A stretch of DNA of 64,000 bases from Escherichia coli (GTDB lineage: Bacteria; Pseudomonadota; Gammaproteobacteria; Enterobacterales; Enterobacteriaceae), in the NCBI RefSeq assembly GCF_003334355.1, contig NZ_QOWP01000008.1; one strand, given 5' to 3'. Within the stretch, counting starts at the first letter, position 1; each line of letters begins with the position of its first letter. This document shows positions 37,321 to 47,292 of this stretch, one piece after another. The notes under the pieces were generated by a model. It was not told the DNA's origin. It saw only the letters and a list, made by a program, of their open reading frames with translations, and did not search any database. A program made the position numbers and the translations under genes.

Positions 37321-37370
37321 CAGTGCGGTATCAGTATTCAGGTAGCTGTTGAGCCTGGGGCGGTAGCGTG
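37321..37370 (+). promoter_or_regulatory. JUMPstart element with ops site (GGCGGTAGCGTG at 37359-37370), RfaH-dependent antitermination signal for the waaQ operon
   Basis: cagtgcggtatcagtattcaggtagctgttgagcctggggcggtagcgtg matches the JUMPstart/ops consensus, about 50 bp upstream of waaQ. Confidence 0.75.
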
Positions 37371-37419
37371 CTTTTTCTGCTTCACCTTAATCGGATAATC
37401 TCAACAAAAAGAGTTACTT

Positions 37420-38478
37420 GTGGATAAGCCATTTCGAAGAATTTTGCTCATTAAGATGCGTTTTCATGGGGATATGTTATTAACTACTCCCGTCATTAGT
37501 TCGCTGAAAAAAAATTACCCTGACGCAAAAATCGATGTGCTGCTTTATCAGGACACCATCCCGATCCTGTCTGAAAATCCAGAGATTAACGCGCTCTACG
37601 GCATAAAAAATAAAAAAGCAAAAGCCTCAGAAAAAATTGCCAACTTTTTTCATCTCATCAAGGTATTACGTGCCAATAAGTATGACCTTATCGTCAATCT
37701 TACCGATCAATGGATGGTTGCTATACTGGTTCGCTTATTAAATGCCCGTGTGAAAATTTCCCAGGATTATCATCATCGGCAGTCTGCTTTTTGGCGTAAA
37801 AGTTTCACCCATTTGGTGCCGTTGCAGGGTGGAAATGTGGTGGAAAGTAACTTATCCGTGCTGATACCATTGGGACTTGATTCGTTGGTGAAGCAGACAA
37901 CCATGAGTTACCCGCCTGCAAGCTGGAAACGTATGCGTCGCGAACTTGATCACGCTGGTGTTGGACAAAATTATGTGGTTATCCAACCTACGGCGCGGCA
38001 AATCTTCAAATGCTGGGACAACGCCAAGTTTTCCGCTGTGATTGATGCCTTACATGCTCGTGGTTATGAAGTCGTTCTGACGTCCGGCCCAGATAAAGAC
38101 GATCTGGCCTGCGTCAATGAAATTGCGCAGGGATGCCAGACGCCACCAGTAACGGCGCTGGCTGGAAAGGTGACCTTCCCGGAACTTGGTGCGTTAATCG
38201 ATCATGCGCAGCTGTTTATTGGCGTTGATTCCGCACCGGCGCATATTGCCGCTGCAGTTAATACGCCGCTGATATCGCTGTTTGGTGCGACAGACCATAT
38301 TTTCTGGCGTCCCTGGTCAAATAACATGATTCAATTCTGGGCGGGAGATTACCGGGAAATGCCAACGCGCGATCAGCGTGACCGAAATGAGATGTATCTT
38401 TCGGTTATTCCGGCGGCAGATGTCATTGCTGCTGTCGATAAATTACTGCCCTCCTCCACGACAGGTACGTCGTTATGA
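37420..38478 (+). CDS. waaQ: LPS heptosyltransferase III (GT9)
   Basis: ORF track 352 aa; start codon in the track is GTG at 37420 (exact start uncertain); RILLIKMRFHGDMLLTTPVISSLKK heptosyltransferase N-terminus. Confidence 0.8.
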   Translation: MDKPFRRILLIKMRFHGDMLLTTPVISSLKKNYPDAKIDVLLYQDTIPILSENPEINALYGIKNKKAKASEKIANFFHLIKVLRANKYDLIVNLTDQWMVAILVRLLNARVKISQDYHHRQSAFWRKSFTHLVPLQGGNVVESNLSVLIPLGLDSLVKQTTMSYPPASWKRMRRELDHAGVGQNYVVIQPTARQIFKCWDNAKFSAVIDALHARGYEVVLTSGPDKDDLACVNEIAQGCQTPPVTALAGKVTFPELGALIDHAQLFIGVDSAPAHIAAAVNTPLISLFGATDHIFWRPWSNNMIQFWAGDYREMPTRDQRDRNEMYLSVIPAADVIAAVDKLLPSSTTGTSL

Positions 38479-39599
38479 TCGTTGCTTTTTGTTTATATAA
38501 ATATTTTCCCTTTGGCGGTTTGCAGCGCGATTTTATGCGTATTGCTCAGACAGTCGCCGCCCGAGGTCATCATGTTCGGGTTTATACCCAGTCGTGGGAA
38601 GGCGAATGCCCTGATGTATTTGAACTGATCAAAGTACCGGTTAAATCGCATACCAATCACGGGCGCAATGCGGAGTATTTTGCCTGGGTGCAAAAACATT
38701 TACGCGAACATCCCGTCGATAAAGTCGTTGGATTCAACAAAATGCCGGGGCTGGACGTTTATTATGCCGCTGATGTTTGTTATGCCGAGAAAGTAGCGCA
38801 GGAGAAAGGCTTTTTCTATCGCCTGACGTCACGTTATCGCCATTATGCCGCCTTTGAGCGGGCAACCTTCGAACAGGGTAAGCCGACACAGCTGCTGATG
38901 CTGACAGATAAGCAAATCGCCGATTTCCAGAAACATTATCAGACTGAAGCGGAGCGTTTTCATATTCTGCCACCGGGGATTTATCCTGATCGTAAATATA
39001 GCCAGCAGCCAGCCAATAGCCGTGAAATCTTCCGTAAGAAGAATGGAATAACCGAACAACAATATTTATTGTTGCAGGTCGGTTCAGACTTCACGCGTAA
39101 AGGTGTCGATCGTTCCATTGAAGCACTTGCTTCGTTACCGGATTCGCTGCGCCACAACACATTGCTATATGTTGTTGGGCAGGATAAACCGCGAAAATTT
39201 GAGGCACTGGCAGAAAAACGCGGCGTGCGCAGTAATGTTCACTTCTTCTCGGGGCGCAACGATGTCTCGGAATTAATGGCGGCGGCGGATTTATTACTGC
39301 ATCCTGCCTACCAGGAAGCGGCGGGAATTGTGCTGCTGGAAGCGATTACTGCAGGATTACCGGTACTAACAACAGCCGTTTGTGGCTATGCGCATTATAT
39401 TGTCGAGGCCAATTGCGGCGAGGCTATTGTTGAGCCATTCCGCCAGGAAACATTGAATGAGATTTTACGCAAAGCGTTAACGCAATCTTCATTGCGCCAG
39501 GCCTGGGCGGAAAATGCGCGACATTATGCTGATACACAAGATTTATACAGTCTGCCAGAGAAAGCGGCGGATATCATAACGGGTGGTCTGGATGGTTGA
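38475..39599 (+). CDS. waaG: LPS core alpha-1,3-glucosyltransferase I (GT4), 374 aa
   Basis: 374 aa; [24 protein letters not shown]; 4-bp overlap with the waaQ stop. Confidence 0.85.
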   Translation: MIVAFCLYKYFPFGGLQRDFMRIAQTVAARGHHVRVYTQSWEGECPDVFELIKVPVKSHTNHGRNAEYFAWVQKHLREHPVDKVVGFNKMPGLDVYYAADVCYAEKVAQEKGFFYRLTSRYRHYAAFERATFEQGKPTQLLMLTDKQIADFQKHYQTEAERFHILPPGIYPDRKYSQQPANSREIFRKKNGITEQQYLLLQVGSDFTRKGVDRSIEALASLPDSLRHNTLLYVVGQDKPRKFEALAEKRGVRSNVHFFSGRNDVSELMAAADLLLHPAYQEAAGIVLLEAITAGLPVLTTAVCGYAHYIVEANCGEAIVEPFRQETLNEILRKALTQSSLRQAWAENARHYADTQDLYSLPEKAADIITGGLDG

Positions 39600-40389
39600 A
39601 CTTAAAGAGCCGTTTGCCACGTTATGGCGCGGCAAAGATCCTTTTGAGGAAGTTAAAACCTTGCAGGGTGAGGTATTTCGTGAACTGGAAACTCGCCGTA
39701 CTCTGCGCTTTGAAATGGCGGGCAAAAGCTATTTTCTCAAATGGCATCGCGGCACGACCCTGAAAGAGATAATCAAAAATTTACTCTCATTGCGGATGCC
39801 AGTATTAGGCGCTGACCGCGAATGGAATGCGATTCATCGACTGCGGGATGTCGGCGTTGATACTATGTATGGGGTGGCATTTGGCGAAAAAGGCATGAAT
39901 CCGCTGACCAGAACTTCATTTATTATTACCGAAGATCTGACACCAACCATAAGTCTGGAAGATTACTGTGCTGACTGGGCGACTAACCCTCCAGATGTTC
40001 GCGTAAAGCGTATGCTTATTAAGCGTGTCGCGACGATGGTGCGCGATATGCATGCTGCGGGCATTAACCACCGTGACTGTTATATCTGTCATTTCCTGCT
40101 GCACTTGCCTTTTTCCGGTAAGGAAGAGGAGTTAAAAATTTCGGTAATTGACCTGCACCGGGCGCAGCTTCGCACGCGCGTTCCACGTCGTTGGCGGGAT
40201 AAAGATCTTATTGGGCTTTATTTTTCTTCGATGAATATCGACCTGACTCAGCGGGATATCTGGCGGTTTATGAAAGTGTATTTTGCCGCCCCGCTTAAAG
40301 ACATTCTCAAGCAGGAACAAGGACTGCTGTCGCAAGCAGAAGCAAAAGCCACAAAAATCAGGGAAAGAACGATTCGAAAATCGTTGTAA
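39592..40389 (+). CDS. waaP: LPS core heptose(I) kinase, 265 aa
   Basis: ORF 39583..40389; start [21 protein letters not shown]; kinase-like HRDCYICH motif. Confidence 0.85.
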   Translation: MVELKEPFATLWRGKDPFEEVKTLQGEVFRELETRRTLRFEMAGKSYFLKWHRGTTLKEIIKNLLSLRMPVLGADREWNAIHRLRDVGVDTMYGVAFGEKGMNPLTRTSFIITEDLTPTISLEDYCADWATNPPDVRVKRMLIKRVATMVRDMHAAGINHRDCYICHFLLHLPFSGKEEELKISVIDLHRAQLRTRVPRRWRDKDLIGLYFSSMNIDLTQRDIWRFMKVYFAAPLKDILKQEQGLLSQAEAKATKIRERTIRKSL

Positions 40390-40404
40390 TTTCCGGAGAG
40401 AAAT

Positions 40405-41421
40405 ATGAGTGCCCACTATTTTAATCCACAAGAGATGATCACTAAGACAATCATCTTCGATGAAAGGCCAGCGGCGTCAGTGGCATCATCATTCCATGTT
40501 GCTTATGGCATTGATAAAAACTTTCTTTTTGGTTGTGGTGTTTCAATCACGTCAGTTTTGTTACATAACAACGACGTGAGTTTTGTTTTCCACGTTTTTA
40601 TTGATGATATCCCTGAAGCCGATATCCAGCGTTTAGCCCAATTGGCGAAAAGCTATCGTACCTGTATCCAGATCCATCTGGTAAATTGTGAACGGCTTAA
40701 GGCATTACCGACGACCAAAAATTGGTCTATTGCCATGTATTTCCGTTTTGTAATTGCAGATTACTTTATTGATCAACAAGATAAGGTTCTTTACCTGGAT
40801 GCTGATATCGCCTGTCAGGGAAACTTAAAGCCGCTGATAACAATGGATCTTGCCAATAACATTGCTGCTGTTGTTACTGAACGCGATGCTAACTGGTGGT
40901 CGTTACGGGGTCAAAGTCTGCAGTGTAATGAACTTGAAAAGGGTTACTTTAATTCAGGTGTCCTGTTAATTAATACACTAGCGTGGGCGCAGGAGTCCGT
41001 TTCTGCTAAAGCGATGTCGATGCTTGCTGATAAAGCCGTCGTTTCCCGTTTAACCTATATGGATCAAGATATACTTAATCTTATCCTGTCAGGGAAAGTT
41101 AAATTCATTGATGCTAAATACAATACGCAATTTAGTTTAAATTATGAATTAAAAAAATCATTTGTTTGTCCAATTAATGATGAAACCGTATTAATTCATT
41201 ATGTCGGCCCGACAAAACCCTGGCATTACTGGGCCGGTTATCCAAGTGCGCGACCTTTTATCAAAGCCAAAGAGGCATCGCCCTGGAAAAATGAACCGTT
41301 AATGCGGCCAGTTAACTCAAACTATGCTCGTTATTGCGCCAAGCATAATTTTAAACAAAATAAACCAATTAACGGGATAATGAATTATATTTATTATTTT
41401 TATTTAAAGATAATAAAATGA
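40405..41421 (+). CDS. waaO: family-8 LPS alpha-1,3-glucosyltransferase (WaaO/WaaI type), 338 aa
   Basis: GT8 signatures (YGIDKNFLFG, LYLDADI, NSGVLLIN); first outer-core gene after waaP; symbol assigned by position in an R1/R4-type order. Confidence 0.65.
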   Translation: MSAHYFNPQEMITKTIIFDERPAASVASSFHVAYGIDKNFLFGCGVSITSVLLHNNDVSFVFHVFIDDIPEADIQRLAQLAKSYRTCIQIHLVNCERLKALPTTKNWSIAMYFRFVIADYFIDQQDKVLYLDADIACQGNLKPLITMDLANNIAAVVTERDANWWSLRGQSLQCNELEKGYFNSGVLLINTLAWAQESVSAKAMSMLADKAVVSRLTYMDQDILNLILSGKVKFIDAKYNTQFSLNYELKKSFVCPINDETVLIHYVGPTKPWHYWAGYPSARPFIKAKEASPWKNEPLMRPVNSNYARYCAKHNFKQNKPINGIMNYIYYFYLKIIK

Positions 41422-41437
41422 AATTGAGAAAAGTTAA

Positions 41438-42433
41438 ATGAATGAATTTATAAAAGAACGGTTTTCGTATTTAGCAGATAATAAAAAAGAAAACGCCCCA
41501 GAGCTAAATGTTTCCTACGGTATCGATAAGAATTTTTTGTATGGTGCTGGCGTTTCAATTTCTTCCGTTTTGATTAATAATTCAGATATTAATTTTGTCT
41601 TTCATGTTTTCACTGATTATGTGGATGATGATTATTTAAAGTCATTTAATGAAACAGCAAAACAATTTAATACCTCAATTATTGTATATTTAATTGACCC
41701 CAAATACTTTGCTGATCTGCCGACGTCACAGTTTTGGTCGTACGCGACATACTTCAGGGTATTGTCTTTTGAATATCTGAGTGAAAGTATTTCCACACTG
41801 CTGTATCTGGATGCCGATGTTGTTTGTAAAGGAAGCCTGAAACCTCTCACAGAAATTATATTTAAAGATGAGTTTGCTGCGGTCATTCCTGACAATGATA
41901 GTACGCAGGCGGCATGTGCAAAACGCCTCAACATTCCCGAAATGAATGGACGTTATTTCAATGCAGGCGTTATCTATGTCAATCTTAAAAAATGGCATGA
42001 AGCAAATTTGACACCGTATTTACTCAAGCTTTTACGAGGGGAAACTAAATATGGCTCTCTTAAATATTTAGATCAGGATGCGTTGAATATCGCATTTAAT
42101 ATGAATAATATCTACCTCGGGAAGGATTTTGATACTATTTATACCCTGAAAAATGAACTTCATGATCGTAGTCATCGAAAGTTTCAGCAAACCATTACCG
42201 ATAAAACAGTATTGATTCACTATACAGGGATAACTAAACCATGGCATAGCTGGGCTGGATATCCGTCTGCATCATACTTTAATATCGCGCGTGAACAATC
42301 TCCCTGGAAGAAATATCCTCTTAAAGAGGCGCGGACTGTTGCAGAAATGCAGAAACAATATAAGCATCTGTTTGCCCATGGTGAGTATATAAAAGGCATA
42401 ACTTCATTAATTAAGTACAAGCTTAAGAAATAA
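41438..42433 (+). CDS. waaT: family-8 LPS alpha-1,2-glycosyltransferase (WaaT/WaaJ type), 331 aa
   Basis: GT8 signatures (YGIDKNFLYG, LYLDADVVCKGSL, NAGVIYVN); paralogous to the ORF at 43161; symbol by position. Confidence 0.55.
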   Translation: MNEFIKERFSYLADNKKENAPELNVSYGIDKNFLYGAGVSISSVLINNSDINFVFHVFTDYVDDDYLKSFNETAKQFNTSIIVYLIDPKYFADLPTSQFWSYATYFRVLSFEYLSESISTLLYLDADVVCKGSLKPLTEIIFKDEFAAVIPDNDSTQAACAKRLNIPEMNGRYFNAGVIYVNLKKWHEANLTPYLLKLLRGETKYGSLKYLDQDALNIAFNMNNIYLGKDFDTIYTLKNELHDRSHRKFQQTITDKTVLIHYTGITKPWHSWAGYPSASYFNIAREQSPWKKYPLKEARTVAEMQKQYKHLFAHGEYIKGITSLIKYKLKK

Positions 42434-42442
42434 ATTACTCTT

Positions 42443-43135
42443 ATGATTACAAGTATACGTTATCGCGGCTTCTCATTTTATTACAAAGATAATGATAATA
42501 AATATAAAGAAATCTTTGATGAAATACTGGCCTATAATTTTAAAACAGTAAAAGTATTACGTAATATTGATGATACCAAAGTATCGTTGATTGATACGAA
42601 ATATGGTCGCTATGTTTTTAAAGTCTTTGCTCCGAAAACGAAAAGGAATGAACGTTTTTTAAAATCTTTTGTAAAAGGTGACTACTATCAGAATTTGATC
42701 GTTGAAACCGATCGTGTCAGAAGTGCAGGTCTTACTTTTCCTAATGATTTTTATTTTCTGGCTGAGCGTAAAATTTTCAACTATGCCAGTGTTTTTATCA
42801 TGCTTATCGAGTATGTCGAGGGCGTAGAGCTCAATGATATGCCGATTATTCCAGAAAATGTTAAAGCAGAAATTAAGGCTTCAATGGAAAAATTGCATGC
42901 CTTAAATATGCTATCGGGCGACCCACACCGGGGTAATTTTATCGTTAGTAAAGATGGTGTCAGGATAATTGACCTATCCGGTAAAAGCTGTACGGCAGAG
43001 CGTAAAGCTCGTGATCGTCTGGCCATGGAACGTCACCTGGGTATTGCCAACGAAATAAAAGATTATGGCTACTATTCAGTAATCTACAGAACCAAACTAC
43101 GCAAATTTATTAAAAAATTAAAAGGCAAAGCGTAA
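42443..43135 (+). CDS. waaY: LPS core heptose(II) kinase WaaY, 230 aa
   Basis: MITSIRYRGFSFYYKDNDNKYKEIFDEILAYNFKTVKVLRN; kinase-like, AT-rich. Confidence 0.75.
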   Translation: MITSIRYRGFSFYYKDNDNKYKEIFDEILAYNFKTVKVLRNIDDTKVSLIDTKYGRYVFKVFAPKTKRNERFLKSFVKGDYYQNLIVETDRVRSAGLTFPNDFYFLAERKIFNYASVFIMLIEYVEGVELNDMPIIPENVKAEIKASMEKLHALNMLSGDPHRGNFIVSKDGVRIIDLSGKSCTAERKARDRLAMERHLGIANEIKDYGYYSVIYRTKLRKFIKKLKGKA

Positions 43136-43160
43136 ACCACACAGTCAAAACGGAACCAAC

Positions 43161-44189
43161 ATGGATTTATTAGCTGAGAGTATTTCTGAAGTCGCTGTCT
43201 CTGGGGAAATTGCTAACACCGATCGTGTGTTAAATATCGCTTACGGTATTGACCGTAACTTTTTATTTGGTGCGGCAGTATCTATGCAATCAGTTGTTAT
43301 GCATAACCCGGACCTTGCGGTTAAGTTTCATCTCTTTACCGACTACATTGATGAAGATTATCTACAACGTGTTAATGCTTTTACCAGCAAAAATGCTAAC
43401 GTTGAAGTAAGAATTTATAAAGTCTCCAATGCCTTTATTGATATCTTCCCCAGCCTGAAACAGTGGTCTTATGCAACATTCTTCCGTTTAGTTGCGTTCC
43501 AGTATCTGAGTGAAACTATTGAAAATCTGTTATATATCGATGCTGATGTCATCTGTAAAGGCTCATTAGCTGGATTGCTTGATATTAATTTTGATGGGGA
43601 TAAGTTTGCAGCTGTTATTAAAGATGTGCCTTTTATGCAGGAAAAACCAGCGAAGCGTCTGGCTATAGAGGGACTTCCAGGGAATTATTTCAACGCCGGT
43701 GTAGTATATCTGCAGCTTGAAGCATGGGCGAAAAATGATTTTATGAATAAAGCCATTGCTATGCTGGCAAGTGACCCGCAGCACACGAAGTATAAATGCC
43801 TTGATCAGGATATTTTAAATATTCTGTTTTTTGGTCATTGTATTTTTATTAGCGGCGATTATGATTGCTTTTATGGCATCGATTATGAGTTAAAAAATAA
43901 AAGCGATGAAGATTATAAAAAGACCATTACCGATGATACTAAGCTGATTCATTATGTTGGCGTAACGAAGCCCTGGAACGACTGGACGAATTATCCCTGC
44001 CAGAACTATTTTAATGAGGCTTATCAGGCTTCTTGCTGGAATGATGTGGCGTTTATTCCAGCCACGAATGAAAAGCAGTATCAAGTGAAATCCAGACATT
44101 TGAAAAGAAATGGTAATATTGCATCTTCATTTTACTATTTCATGCTCTATTATAGTAAGAAAATAGCGCGTAAGCATTTTTCCAAATAA
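43161..44189 (+). CDS. waaW: family-8 LPS alpha-1,2-glycosyltransferase (WaaW/WaaR type), 342 aa
   Basis: GT8 signatures (YGIDRNFLFG, LYIDADVICKGSL, NAGVVYLQ); clear paralog of 41438..42433; symbol by position. Confidence 0.55.
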   Translation: MDLLAESISEVAVSGEIANTDRVLNIAYGIDRNFLFGAAVSMQSVVMHNPDLAVKFHLFTDYIDEDYLQRVNAFTSKNANVEVRIYKVSNAFIDIFPSLKQWSYATFFRLVAFQYLSETIENLLYIDADVICKGSLAGLLDINFDGDKFAAVIKDVPFMQEKPAKRLAIEGLPGNYFNAGVVYLQLEAWAKNDFMNKAIAMLASDPQHTKYKCLDQDILNILFFGHCIFISGDYDCFYGIDYELKNKSDEDYKKTITDDTKLIHYVGVTKPWNDWTNYPCQNYFNEAYQASCWNDVAFIPATNEKQYQVKSRHLKRNGNIASSFYYFMLYYSKKIARKHFSK

Positions 44190-44220
44190 TTATTAAGATT
44201 AATCATCCAGAGATTTTTTA

Positions 44221-44994
44221 ATGAACTTGCCCATTTATATTGTCTCACTTAAAAGAGATATTGAGCGAAGAAATAAAATAAATGATGTTTTTCATCGATT
44301 AAATATTAATTTTGATTTTTTTGATGCCATAGATGCTAAAGACCCTCAAAATAAAGAAATTATTGATAAAATGAGATTAAGTGGTGTCGGCGCAGAAATG
44401 ACTGATGGAGAAATTGCTTGTACATTAAGTCATCAACTTATATATCAGGATATGATAGATAAAAATATAGAATGGGCAGTCATTCTCGAGGATGATGTTA
44501 TCGTCAATGAGAAATTTAAAAAATTTCTGCAATATTTTAATCTTTCTGAAAAAGACAAGTTAAAACATAATAATTTGTATTTGCTTGGAGGACAGAAAGG
44601 ATTACATGATTATCCGGTATTGGGGCAAAGCCTTTTTAGTAAAGTTAAGGTAAGTACTTGTACTTTTCGGCGTGTTAATTTCAATAAAAATAAAATTCGG
44701 CGTACATGTTCATATTTGATGAATAAAGATATGGCACAAAAGTTGCTCAAATTGACAAAGGATTATGGCACCTATCGAGCTGATAGCTGGAAGTTAATGC
44801 ATCAACATAATATTATAAAAGAGTTTTATTTAGACGAAATAATATTACATCCTATTTTAAATGAGTTTAATAGTCATCTTGAAAGTGAAAGGCTATTAAC
44901 ATCGGAAAAAAAACAACCTAGAACAAGGCTTCAGAAAAGAATGAAGTTTATACGCTCCTGGATAAAGGTGGCTTTTTTTTCTCTTTTGAAATGA
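44221..44994 (+). CDS. family-25 LPS beta-glycosyltransferase (Lic2A/LgtB-like); candidate WaaX-type beta-1,4-galactosyltransferase, 257 aa
   Basis: N-terminal IYIVSLKRDIERR...FDFFDAIDAKDP and downstream ILEDDVIV resemble GT25 (Lic2A/LgtB) proteins; sits at the waaV/waaX position immediately before waaL. Confidence 0.55.
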   Translation: MNLPIYIVSLKRDIERRNKINDVFHRLNINFDFFDAIDAKDPQNKEIIDKMRLSGVGAEMTDGEIACTLSHQLIYQDMIDKNIEWAVILEDDVIVNEKFKKFLQYFNLSEKDKLKHNNLYLLGGQKGLHDYPVLGQSLFSKVKVSTCTFRRVNFNKNKIRRTCSYLMNKDMAQKLLKLTKDYGTYRADSWKLMHQHNIIKEFYLDEIILHPILNEFNSHLESERLLTSEKKQPRTRLQKRMKFIRSWIKVAFFSLLK

Positions 44995-45028
44995 GATTGT
45001 TAATTTCAATTTGTTGTGAGATATTAAC

Positions 45029-46282
45029 GTGGAAGTAAAAATTGAGCAATTTCGAAATAATAGCTGTAATTTTATTTTTTTATTGTATTTAATCGGTTTG
45101 TTGTTTGTGCCAATTGATCTTAATATCACCACTAAAATAATTAATGCGACAGGTGCATTTTCTCTTTTCTTATTAATTGTAAATAAAAAGCATAATTATA
45201 ATAAAAATGTCATTATATTAATTCTTGGTTTACTTCTTTTGGGTGCAATGAACCTGATATGGTATGAATTTTATAAAACAGAAGATGTAGTATATAGAAA
45301 TGCTTATCGAGGCTACCTTGAGTCTGGAAAACTATTAGTATTTAGCTCGTTGACATTTTTATTACTAAGTAAAAATAAATTCAGGCAAAATGAAAAACTA
45401 CATTTTATTTCAGCCATCTTAGTTCAAATAATCATGCTATGTAGAGCATATTATCAAGGGATATATTTGCATGCAGACCGCATTCCCCTCTCCGCCATGA
45501 ATGGGAATATTGGTCAAATGGGGGCAGCGACTATTGCGGCTTATGTGATTACATTCACCACTTTATATTCTTCAATTGTATTCATCAAAATGCAATCGAA
45601 ATATAAATGGTTTCTATTTTATGCTAACTTTGCTTTAAGTTTTGCTGCAGTAACAATGACTGGCACTAGGGCGGCGATTTTTACATTCCCACTAATGATT
45701 ATGGTTATTTTATTAATACAATATCGTAATCAGAGAGTGTTTTTATTTAAAGGATTGAGTGGTTTCTTTTTTTTATTTCTAGTATGCGGATTAATATTCA
45801 ATAAGGGAATTGAAAGACGGATCAACGCATTACAAACAGATGTGATTTCCTATACTACAAAAAATAATAGCAATTCATCAGTAGGTGCGCGGTTTGCTAT
45901 GGTTAATGCAGGTATTAAGGGTAGTCCCGATACTTTAGGATGGCAATCCCTTGAAGAGCGAGCCAAAAAGATAAAAGCTTTAAGTTTAGATAATAATATT
46001 TATAATAGTGTTCTTCCTTTTCTGGATGTACATATGCATAACGAAATTGTGGAATCTCTTTCCACGAAAGGAAAAATTGGTCTTCTTGTTCTTATTATGT
46101 TCTATGTTGCAATGATCTATTACTGTATCCGGGAGAAAAAATATATACTCTTGGTTTTCCCTGCTTCTATTATGTTATTTGGCATTAGTGATGTCATTAC
46201 ACATGCTAAACCAATACCGGCATCGTGGATTGTGTGCCTCTTCCTGTCTACATCGTTTTTGAGTAAAAAAGAACCACAATAA
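45029..46282 (+). CDS. waaL: O-antigen ligase, 417 aa polytopic membrane protein
   Basis: About 10-12 predicted TM helices, very AT-rich, last gene of the waaQ-direction operon; GTG start in track (exact start uncertain). Confidence 0.65.
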   Translation: MEVKIEQFRNNSCNFIFLLYLIGLLFVPIDLNITTKIINATGAFSLFLLIVNKKHNYNKNVIILILGLLLLGAMNLIWYEFYKTEDVVYRNAYRGYLESGKLLVFSSLTFLLLSKNKFRQNEKLHFISAILVQIIMLCRAYYQGIYLHADRIPLSAMNGNIGQMGAATIAAYVITFTTLYSSIVFIKMQSKYKWFLFYANFALSFAAVTMTGTRAAIFTFPLMIMVILLIQYRNQRVFLFKGLSGFFFLFLVCGLIFNKGIERRINALQTDVISYTTKNNSNSSVGARFAMVNAGIKGSPDTLGWQSLEERAKKIKALSLDNNIYNSVLPFLDVHMHNEIVESLSTKGKIGLLVLIMFYVAMIYYCIREKKYILLVFPASIMLFGISDVITHAKPIPASWIVCLFLSTSFLSKKEPQ

Positions 46283-46297
46283 TAAAAGCGTTGACTA

Positions 46298-46333
46298 AGT
46301 AAGTGGGTATAATACCCACTTACTATTTATTAA
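46298..46333. terminator. bidirectional terminator between convergent waaL and waaC
   Basis: perfect 13-bp inverted repeat agtaagtgggtat / atacccacttact (46298-46325) followed by T-rich tract. Confidence 0.6.
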
Positions 46334-47289
46334 ATCAATGTGATTTTTTTATAAACAGCCGCTGCTTCTAAATTATTTAAATTCATTAGCGGAGCCCTAC
46401 AAACCATCTGATTCTTCCCATACCCGCCAATTAATCCAGGGTCGGTAGGTCCATAAACCGTGATATTGGGTCTATCCAGTGCCGCCGTTAAATGGCTTAA
46501 CCCCGTATCCACCGACACTACAAATTTAGCCCCGGCCAGCACGCGGGCAACGCCTTCCAGACTCATCTTAGGCAATACTTCAACATAAGCAAATCCTTCC
46601 GCCAGTCGTTTCGCCCGTTCTTCCTCATGCGGCGCGCCCCACGGAAGTTTAATCCGTATTCCTGAATCAGCCAGTAAACCAATCAATTCTCGCCAGTGTT
46701 CTTCCGGCCAGTGTTTATCATCACGGGTCGTCGCATGAAGAAATACGGCATATTCGCCAGCATCTGTAGGCAGGTTCGTCAGAAAATGCTGTGCGATAGC
46801 ATAATCGCCCTGGGTTTGCGGTTTGCTATAGCCCAAACTTTTGGCAAACAGTTCGCGGGTGCGTTCTACGGCGTGCTGCTGTTTTGCAATATGATGCTTA
46901 CGATTGTAAAACAGACTGGCTAAAGGTTCGCGAGCGGTTTTCCAGTCCATGCCATGCTTTACGCCATGCGCCAGACGCGTCACCAGCGCCGCGCTTTTTA
47001 CCAGCCCCTGAGCGTCGATAACTGCGTCATAGTTCTCTGCTTGTAGCGCTTCACGAAACGCTTTGCGTTCCGCTTTTATGGGGGCCGAGAACCAGGCTTT
47101 ACGCCAGCGACGTATTGCCACAGGAATAACTCGCTCAACGGCAGCGTGCCAGGAAGGAATCTGTGCGAACCCTTCTTCCACCACCCAGTCAAACTTAATC
47201 CCTGGGATTGCCTGCTGGGCATCAGTGAGTGCGGGCAACGTATGGAGAACATCGCCCATCGACGATGTTTTAACGATCAAAACCCGCAT
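46330..47289 (-). CDS. waaC: LPS heptosyltransferase I, 319 aa
   Basis: MRVLIVKTSSMGDVLHTLPALTDA; GT9. Confidence 0.9.
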   Translation of the reverse strand: MRVLIVKTSSMGDVLHTLPALTDAQQAIPGIKFDWVVEEGFAQIPSWHAAVERVIPVAIRRWRKAWFSAPIKAERKAFREALQAENYDAVIDAQGLVKSAALVTRLAHGVKHGMDWKTAREPLASLFYNRKHHIAKQQHAVERTRELFAKSLGYSKPQTQGDYAIAQHFLTNLPTDAGEYAVFLHATTRDDKHWPEEHWRELIGLLADSGIRIKLPWGAPHEEERAKRLAEGFAYVEVLPKMSLEGVARVLAGAKFVVSVDTGLSHLTAALDRPNITVYGPTDPGLIGGYGKNQMVCRAPLMNLNNLEAAAVYKKITLI

Positions 47290-47292
47290 CCG

